In this document: one piece after another, positions 54,634 through 64,000 of the stretch | Layout: each line of letters starts with the position of its first letter | Position numbering within the stretch: position 1 is the stretch's first letter | Origin: Octopus vulgaris | Taxonomy: Eukaryota | Length of the DNA stretch: 64,000 nt | Assembly (NCBI GenBank): GCA_951406725.2 | Contig: OX597817.1 | Span: forward strand, 109,988,001-110,052,000 | Reading direction: 5' to 3' | Notes under the pieces: generated by a model | Database searches by the model: none | The model's input: the letters and a program-made list of their open reading frames with translations, nothing else | What the model was told of the DNA's origin: nothing | Program-made: the position numbers and the translations under genes

Positions 54634-54853
54634 CAACGGTTCTCAGCCAAGGTCCGTATGAATTTTGGGGGTTCTGTGTAAGAACTGGTTATACTTTTAC
54701 AATACACAAAATATTTTAACAATTTTTTTATGCAATCCCAAACAATATTAATTATAAACATATCATAAGGTTTTTTAAACACCAAATGGCTATGAGGAGT
54801 CCACTGATATAATCAAAAGGGTCTATAGGTGAAAAAATAGTTGAGAACCACTC
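54634..54853. mobile_element. hAT-like MITE (degenerate)
   Basis: Termini CAACGGTTCTCAGC / GTTGAGAACCACTC resemble CAGTGGTTCTCAAC TIRs; no convincing TSD. Confidence 0.55.
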
Positions 54854-55816
54854 ATGTAAGCTAAAAAATTCAACATAGCAAAGTATGTGTCTAATTTTAA
54901 TTATATCATATATATAAGATGGAAAATTGGCGCAGTTGTTAAGGATAACAGATAGAATGCCTTACTCTATTTGTTTCACTATCATTGTGTTGTGAGTTCA
55001 AATCTGACCAAGATCCTCTTTCACTTTCTCAGGGTCACTAAAATGCCAGTTCAGGATGGTGGACTGGTGGGATTGAGAGAGTTTTAGATGAGATGCACTG
55101 CAGTAACTGGCCCAGCTCTTTGAGTTCAAATTTTGTCTTCTATCTCCAGCTTTCTCATGGTGGAAAACAAGGCTATCAAAACTCAGCTTATGATAATAGG
55201 TCTCCAGTCTCTAAAGTGATATGTTGATAGCACAATCTCTTGGCCTCATCAAGACAAAGAGCAGATCTTGCATGTATGGGAGTAATTGCCATGATATAGA
55301 AAAATGCTAATTTTATTTTGTATGTACTCACATTTGTGCCTATGTCTATATAGACACAACTTATGGCATGAGTGGTATGCACACTCTCTAGATTTGGGCA
55401 CAGCAGATATTTTCAAGAAAGTGAACGAGAATCAGAATTGACTCTAGACTGGTGAAAGAACAAAAGGCAAAGTTGCCCTCAGAATGATATTTACTTGGAG
55501 CTCAGGGAGATGGAATGTCCAGTGCTCTTCCAGCTCTGCCAACTTGCTGCTTGTGTGCATCTATGATTAGCTTAACATTGATTCCTTAGAATGGCACATA
55601 AACAACTGGAAGTAGTATGAACTTTAAGATCTTACTGATATTAATTATTTTATCCTAGATAGGTGAAAGCTTTCTGCAACAGACTAGTGTTCCATCTAGA
55701 GGGGAAATATATACACCACAGAATCCAAAAAAATCAGCTGTATGAGCCTATGGTTAGGGAAGGATCTATAATCATCTTATTTTTTACTTGAGGTTAAAGC
55801 TACCATAAGGTCCAGT

Positions 55817-56183
55817 CTTTGTTGTGGTGTTGTGGCTCATATGTTTCAATGATCCCCTAGTGCAATGCAAGCCTCGTAGTTGAGTCACCCATGGTAGACA
55901 AGTCAGAGACTAGGCTAATATGAAGAAGTAAAAATAAGCTTGCATAGGGCCAGCAACCTTACCTAGAAAAAAGCAAAGTTATGGAAGCATTGCTAGTATT
56001 TCAAAACTAACAAAACCTGGAAGAGGAAGGTCTTCCCTCAGGGAAAGCAGGATATTGAGATAGAACCGAAAAAGTAGGGTTCTAACTGGAGAGAAAAGGA
56101 AAAGCCAATCCAGCATCAATAACAGTGAAGAGAAGTTAGTGATGGCCTGTGCCGCATAGGGAGTGAAGATTTCAAGTAAGTAA
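55817..56183 (+). mobile_element. Possible internally deleted RTE-derived element (5' UTR joined to 3' end)
   Basis: gggccagcaaccttacctagaaaaaa (RTE 5'-UTR-like) and 3' end gatggcctgtgccgcatagggagtgaaga...caagtaagtaa (tandem tail). Confidence 0.4.
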
Positions 56184-57004
56184 AGATAGGTGAAAAAAAA
56201 AACAAATGCAAATTCTGGTGTAGCAGGACAAAATTAAACAATACTGTAATTTTTACAGGTGCTCTACCTTTTTTATCTACAAAAGAAATCCATTATATCA
56301 CATACTGTACCTGGAAAAAAGAAAAGGATATAGGATGGTCATGTTTAGAATGTCTTTCATCATAATAAGTTCATTGGATTAAGTTTAATCTGAGGTTAAA
56401 CAATAGCAAGAGATAATGAATAAATTATCTCTCATTAATTATTTATATCTGTGTCTATATCTCAGACTGCATCTATGTTTTGTTTAATATTGATTTCTTT
56501 TCACTAAGTAAATGGCTGTTTCTTTTTAAAGAAGAGAGCTATTGTCAAAGAACTTCATTTATCTTCATTATATTACTGAATGACTAACACAGAAAATACA
56601 AAAAGAGTTATTAAAGCAGTACAACTCTCTACAATCTGAGTTCCGTTCCCACTAAAGTCAATTTTGCCTTTCACCCTTTTAAAGTTAATAAATGAAATAT
56701 CAGTTCGGTGTTATGAATTGGTGGAATTGTTATTGCATTGGGTAGAATGCCTTGCAGTATGTGTTTCGGCTCTTTGGATTCTAAGTTTAAAATTCTGCCT
56801 CTTTTCTTCAGCCTCCTCATGACCAAAATTAGACCCTTCAGGATTTGGCTAACAGTGGTAGACCTCTAATGTCATGTGGAGTGATGTGTTAGTTGGAATA
56901 ACATCTCAGTAACATAATTTCAATGAGTGAATGCAGCACAAAAAGAGATTAGAGAAGAAAATAAGCACTGAACAACTAACACTAAAATTTGTAAAGCATT
57001 TAGA

Positions 57005-57440
57005 TATTATGCCATCATAGTGCTGGATGCCTCCCACACCATGATGCTCTTAATGAGTTCGTAAAGTATGGCCTAGATGCCACAGGCTTCCCTCCCCAGC
57101 TTGAGCCAGCAGGGCTAGGCCAAGGTAGGCGCCTCATTTGGGATACCTTCTCCAGTGGCAACTTGGTGTGGTTAGTCACCAGCCCAGGCTCCACTGCTCA
57201 CCAGGCTGAGAAAAACAAACTGTCAAAGTATCAGTCACTCTCTGACAAGTTTATGGCTGAGCTTGTAACAGTGGAGACCTCTGGCATTCTTGGCCCCTAG
57301 ACCATATCCCTGCTCACCACTATTGGCGCAGAGATGGCTGTCCACAACTGCGAGCCTTGTGAGTCAGTGTGCCTATTCCAGTACATCTCCCTCATCTACT
57401 CCAGGGCAACACACTTTTCATTTTGTCTGCTGGGACCGTT
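57005..57440 (+). mobile_element. CRE-like (RLE) non-LTR retrotransposon C-terminal fragment
   Basis: HSAGCLPHHDALNEFVKYGLDATGFPPQLEPAGL..GRRLIWDTF...AEKNKLSKYQSLSDKFMAELVTVETSGILGP...LFQYISL...QGN. Confidence 0.7.
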
Positions 57441-58496
57441 AAGCAGTCTGACTGACAGGAAACTGTATATTATGATATTGTAGGGTTGGTGTGAGAGACC
57501 AGATCTAGCCAGTTTGAACATAAAACAGGCAGAATACTTTTGGCCGGATATGGCCAGTTTAAATGCTAAAGGGTTAAAGAGAATTATGTATTGGCTCTAG
57601 AGTCCTGTGAATGCTGGTAACCTGTGACTCACTGTCCATAAGTAACCTAAAGTAAGCTAGAGTAAAACCAGCAATCACAATACATCCTATAGTTTGGATG
57701 TTACTCACTGTCTGATAATATTCTGCTGATTAGAATACTAACTGATGTTGTATATAAGGTAAATATGTTGAGTAAACATTCAAACATCATTAATATCTTC
57801 CCAAATCCTTTTGCATTTCACATAGAATTCTTGTTCCTCAAAAGCTTTCTTACTATATAAGTCAACAACCTTTTTTGGCTGTAAATTTTCATCTGAAAAA
57901 TTCAACTTGCATGCTGGAAAATGTGGTATGTAATTTGATAGGACCGAAGCCCCTCTATAAGGAAACAACATGAGAAACTTTTCATCCAAGAAAACTTCTT
58001 CCATGAGCTTCCATCAAATAAACTAGTTGTAGGAAAAGCTGGCTAAATCTGCTGGGTGTAAGCCAAAACAGTTACATTTATGACATCAGCCTTGTCATTT
58101 TCATGTCCAGACTTTCCATGATGGCATGGGTCGAACAAGAGTCTCTTGAAACAGTATTCTGCAGTTTCATGCCATTCCTATTACCAATATTTACTGAATT
58201 ATTTAGTAAGATACATTATTCCACTCATCTTTTTACATTGAACTACTACTGAACAACCAGACATTCTGTTTATGCTGGACATAAACAAACTTCACTGCCG
58301 CCCAAGTGATGCCAATGCCAATACAGGAAAAGACAAACACACATATAAATAAATATTTGTGTGTATGAGTGGGTGGGTGGTTGTGTGTTTATGTATGTGC
58401 ATATCTATGTATACACACACGCACACACATATATATCTATATGCATGCATGTGTGTGCAATCAACACATATACATGTAGTTATGTTTGCATGTATG

Positions 58497-58527
<31 letters not shown>

Positions 58528-58743
58528 ATGTGTGTGTGTGTTTATATATACATACACACACATATGTGTGTGTGTGCGTCAAGGTATATTTTAAGTATCT
58601 TTACATTGACTTAAACATAATCTTTTTTCTCGTGATTATTTTATATGTATTTCTATTTTCTCCAGGAAAAATGTAGATCACATGATCATTATTCAGGAAG
58701 TCAGATCTGTGTTATTGTGTCAGATCTACTCTCTCTCACTCTC

Positions 58744-58747
<4 letters not shown>

Positions 58748-58822
<75 letters not shown>
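58748..58822. repeat. (CT)n microsatellite
   Basis: Directly visible. Confidence 0.95.
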
Positions 58823-58833
<11 letters not shown>

Positions 58834-59364
58834 TCACCTTTTCTCCATCTCGCCCTTTCTCTCCTCATTTTCTCCTCTTATGATACATTGAAGTTATATT
58901 GCTTGCAGACTTCAGTACTTCATAAATTCCTTCAAGAAATTTTGTTTCCTTCTACATTATATTCTATAATCTCTCCTTAGATATGTACTTCTATATAGGT
59001 AGCTGCCACTGGGAGAATTTTATAAAGAGATGTTAAATTTAAAAGTGACTTCTGATATACACATTAAACTGTCTCAGAAATTATGTGCTTTATACATGTG
59101 TGTGTGTAAGCTTGCATTTATATACACATGTGTGCATGTGCATACGTGTATGTGAGTGTTTAGTATGTATATGTGACAATATGTACAAGCATGTCTCGAT
59201 ATGTGGATATACATAAGCACACACATATATACACATGCTGATGGATGGATGGATGGATGGATACATACATACATATATGCATGCATGCTTACATACATAC
59301 ATGCATGCATACATACATACATACATACAAACATTCATACATACATACATTCATACATACATAT

Positions 59365-59700
59365 AATGTGCATTCCAGAAGTTTGGGGACTTTTTCAGGA
59401 GAGACATTTATTAATTTCAAAGAAGTTCAATACTTTAATCTCTTTCAAAATAAGATTCTTTGATTTCATTTTACTTGTAGTGCTCCAGTCACTTCATGAA
59501 ATCCCCATGGAAGTCTTCCAAAGTGAAAGGTACTTCCTGTTTTCTGTCAGCATGAGGACAACCAAAAGTCACAGGAAGGAAGATCTGGACTGTAGGGAGG
59601 GTGAGGGATACTTTTGATGCCCATCACTGTTGAGTAATTGGTTATCAGGGCAGAATTGTGGACTGATGTATTGTCTAGGAGCAAGTGCTCTGGCTTTTTG
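59365..59700 (-). mobile_element. Mariner fragment (catalytic C-terminus, internally deleted)
   Basis: Minus strand 59561-59675 reads DNTSVHNSALITNYSTVMGIKSIPHPPYSPDLPSCDFWL. Confidence 0.7.
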
Positions 59701-59734
59701 CAATGAAATCACTTCCAGAACTCCCTTAGAGCCT

Positions 59735-60000
59735 GTGGAGGTCTGTGGTTTAGTGGTTAGGATGCTGGACTCATGATTGTAAGATTGTGGTTTCACTTCC
59801 TGGACCAGGCCATGCATTGTGTTCTTGAGCAAGACACTTCATTTCACATTGCTCCAGTCCACTCAGGTAGCAAAAATGAGTAATCCTGTGACAGACCAGC
59901 ATCTCATCCAGGTGGGGAATTTAAACACCATAGAAACAGGAAAACTGGCCCTTATGAGTCAGTATGACTTGATAAGGAAATTTTACGTTTACTTTACTTT
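59735..60000 (+). mobile_element. SINE family C
   Basis: gtggaggtctgtggtttagtggttagg...ggtttcacttcctggacc...gtgttcttgagcaagacacttcatttcac... Confidence 0.8.
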
Positions 60001-60671
60001 AGAGGCCCCAGAAAGTATTTTTATTGGCCATATAACTAGAGGGAACCCAGTGGATATAGATGATGCCCTTTGTGCCAGAGGATGAGAGATTAGAGTATGA
60101 ATAGATCAGAAATAGGTGTCGTGCAGTAAAGAAGATATATTGTTACCTCAGTTGGGGAGGGTGAAAAGGGGGGGGGGATTTAAAGAGGAGAGAGAGAGAG
60201 AAAGAGAGAGAGAGGTAAGAGTGAGAGAGGAGAGATAGAGAAGAGAGTGAAAATGTGACAGAGAGAATATATTCAGATTACAGGGAGGTGTATATTAGTG
60301 AACTGGAACCAAAGATTGCAAACAGAAAGAGGAAGGTATAGGGGAGGGGGAAGTAATGTAGTGAGTGGAAAGAAATACAGGTGGGGAGAGTTGGGAGGAT
60401 ATGTTGTGGGATGGTGACCTCCCTTGTGATGGTTGCATAAAAAAACCCACCCAGTATACACATTAAGTGATAGGTGTTAGAAAGGGTATCCAGACATGGA
60501 AACAAATGCAAAGCAGACAGTGTAGCAAGATCCAGTCTTCGGGTCCAACCATCCAACCCGTACCAGCATGGAAAATGAGAATTCCGAATGACCCGTCCTT
60601 GTTTACTTTGTATCATCTATCTAGATGTTTTGCGTTCTTGTCCCATTTTGTATTTCATATATATACATATA

Positions 60672-60714
<43 letters not shown>

Positions 60715-60833
60715 GTAATTAAGGGTTTAGCAACGAATTGCCTCACCAACACACCGAATTTAGAAATAGCAGTCAAAGAGATATAGCTATTCCTTCTACT
60801 AAAGGGGATCTCAGTAAAAATATATATATATAT

Positions 60834-60871
<38 letters not shown>

Positions 60872-60955
60872 TGTGTGTATGTATGTGTGTATGTATGTAC
60901 ATATATATGTGTATGTATATATATATATATATATGTGCGTGTTTTTGTGTGTATG

Positions 60956-61035
<80 letters not shown>

Positions 61036-61560
61036 TAAACAAGTATATAAATATGTGTATGTGTGTGTGTGTATGTATGTATTTATATGTTTATATGTGT
61101 GTGTGTATATATGTATATAATATATATGTGTGTATGTATTTATAAATATAGCCAGACTCACAGGATTCTCCCCTTTCTAGGTTAACACAGTAAAGTACAA
61201 AATGATGACAAAATAGCTTTAAAAAAACTTCAAATGCTTCCTTCTAACAATAAACCACCAAACATTTATTCCTCTGGGAACAGGAAAGACTAGATTTATT
61301 TGGTTTCTTGTTTTTATATAGAACAGATTGTGTGTGTATGTATTGTGTGTGTGTGTGTGTGTGTGTGTGAGTGTATGTGTGTGTATGTGTGCATGTGCAC
61401 GTCTGTGTGTCTGTGTGTGTGTATGTGTGTGTGCGCACGCATGCATGTTCTACAAGAACTTACTCATGTGAAAATTTATTTACTGCAATTGGATGTAGGC
61501 AGCAAAGGTTTATTCTAAAGAAAAGGAATTCATTATCGACGATATATGCATACACATATA

Positions 61561-61613
<53 letters not shown>

Positions 61614-62342
61614 GTGTGTATGTGTATATATGTATATATACACACAGATATTTTATATACATATATACTATATATAAGCACACACACATACATATACATA
61701 AATAAATATTATATGTATACATATATATATATATATATATTCATATACATATAATGTGTTCTTTCATCTCCTTTAAGGTCAGAATGATACTGAGAATAGG
61801 AAATTTGGTGAACATTTGAAGAGCCAATCTTTATTTCTTTCTCACTTTCAGGCTCACTTTTCCATCCCATTCTCTCTCTCTCTCTCTCTCTCTCTCTTTC
61901 ATTCTCTTCCGCTTTCTCTATTTCCCTCAATCTCCTTTTTATTCTATCATCTAATACTTAATGATAAGCCAACAAAGGAACCTCTGCACGGTTTCTTGAC
62001 AAACTAGAAACAGCAGCCAAACCCCCAAATTACATCTTACTATTTTACATAGGCATTGGGCTTAAACCTAGCTTAAACCTAAGGTAGTGCAATATGCTGT
62101 TGCAATATTTCGTGAAAGGTGAATGCTGCCTACATTTTTTATAACATACCAAAGTGCTAAATAAGGATTTTCTGAGTATAATACATATATGTGTGTAGTA
62201 CCTTCCATACTTCCATTTTATGATTTCAAACAATAGATGACTCCTATTTCCTCAGCTATTGTGAAAGTCTGCTAAAAATTATTGTTTCCAAACACCTGGG
62301 CATCAGTGTAAAACATGGTACATAGATAACAACAAGCACTAA

Positions 62343-62381
<39 letters not shown>

Positions 62382-62574
62382 CACACAGAAGTTCAAAATT
62401 TATGACAGAAATAACCAAACACAACAAAGTGAAAGCATGATGTAATTACTATTTTAACACTCAATGAGATGCCAAGCTGGCAGAATCTTTAGCACATCAG
62501 AGAAAATGCTTAGCAGCTTTTCATGTGGCTGTTCATGATATAAGTCCTTTCATGGTTGATAAGCACCCCAGCAG

Positions 62575-62925
62575 GATAACCCTCTAGACATTTAAGGGAG
62601 CTAGGTCCTTAGTCTTAGATGCAACATGTAGCAACACATTCCACTGCTCCAACCTTGTAGCATCTGGCAAAAACCCAAGTGTTTCCTCCCTTAATGTGGA
62701 GAAGAGAAACATCAATATGTACAGGAACGTGGCTGGCCACTATCAGTTTGTGCTCGTTGCTGTTAAGACATCAGGTATTCTAGGACCTCATACTACCAAT
62801 TTCTTCCACAAAATAGGAATAGTGGCAGCCTGACAGAGAAATGAACCCCACAAGATGTAGCAACTACTGCAGCAAGTGTCGCTGGCCACTCTCCATGGCA
62901 ATGCCATTGCAATCATTACCACAGA
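62575..62925 (+). mobile_element. CRE-like (RLE) non-LTR retrotransposon C-terminal fragment
   Basis: GITL*TFKGARSLVLDATCSNTF...EKRNINMYRNVAGHYQFVLVAVKTSGILGP...LLQQVSLATLHGNAIAI. Confidence 0.7.
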
Positions 62926-64000
62926 GCGCTGCTGAGCATCTCTCTCGTTCTGGGATATGCGGCCCATCACCCTTCCCCCTCCATCTTCCACTGCTTTGTC
63001 CCCCACGTTTTTCTCCCTTTTTTCTTTCATCTTTTCAAAGTATTAAATAAAATCCCATTTATAAAATCCATTTTTATTAAATAAAATCCCATTACTTGTT
63101 GATAAAATATGTACCAGTTGAGCATTGGAGGTCAGTGCAATCAACTAAACCCGTCCCCTTATACTGTTAGCCTTGTCCCTAAATTTGCAACAATTATTTT
63201 ATTACTAAATGGAAGTTTAACCCCTTCATTACCATATTTCTGTTGAAACACACAACCTTCATTTTAACCATTTTAATTCATTTTGAAAATAATAAATATT
63301 TTGCTAAAATAACTGTCATATTAAGTTGGTATTTAGAACATAAATTAACATGAAATTTTAATGGAAGGTTTTAAATCTGCATCACTATAAATCCTGAAGC
63401 TTACATCATAGAACCAAGAGTGGTTTTTGATGGTTAGCATCAAGCTCTTCTTCATAAAGTTAGATATTTAAATGAACAAAATGTAAAGCAAATACACTAA
63501 AATGCAAATAATAAAGTAACGTATTGTTCTGTACACACACACACACACACGCACACACATACATACACATTTCTTTTTTGGGGGGGAAATAGTAAATCTT
63601 GAAGCACATGAGGCTATAAATAATAGCATGTAAATATTGGGTTGGGAAAATCCTTTTTGGATAAAAAAAATTCAATGTTGATGTCAGTTATAAATATATA
63701 TATATATATATATATTTAAATAATGAGGGAGATAAATTAATATTAATTCTAATATCAATTTAAAACCAGTAGTCTAGCATACAAAAAATCTGAGAAATCA
63801 GAGAAAATTCTAATATATGTGTATATTGGCAGGGCAAGACTGCTAGGTAGTCGGCCGTATGCTAGAAATAGATCATCAACGATCAAACTACAAAGAAAGT
63901 TCTCTAGAGGAAAAATTCAACGAACACCAGAACCAAATTTGGCGGGCAGGACAGATGAAAATCTATATAAAAAACAGAATTAATTGCATACCTCGGTTTC

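Overview
AT-rich, repeat-saturated eukaryotic (animal) DNA with no intact protein-coding gene. The composition and repeat families (dense (TA)n/(CA)n/(TTA)n microsatellites, three abundant tRNA-headed SINE families) look like an octopus/coleoid cephalopod genome; this is inferred from recognition, not from a search. Almost all listed ORFs are microsatellite artefacts. Supportable features are a near-intact full-length mariner (13850-15141), an older full-length mariner, maT and mariner fragments, a non-autonomous Helitron, piggyBac/hAT/Tc1-type MITEs, CR1, RTE, R4-like and CRE-like LINE remnants, and many SINEs. The main result of the hunt is a cluster of type I hammerhead ribozyme (HHR) motifs in several unrelated non-coding elements, most of them sitting in (TA)n tracts. 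The best case is a 363-bp, ORF-less, hairpin-rich unit present as about 1.6 head-to-tail copies (54008-54593) whose hammerhead has a compensatory U3:A8 core, i.e. a candidate retrozyme (circular self-cleaving RNA retroelement). There is also a complete CUGAUGA hammerhead with a long stem II (51861-51965) and a tRNA-promoter SINE carrying a hammerhead and an inverted 3' end (43831-44221). Two long fold-back elements and a few weak minus-strand exon candidates were also seen.
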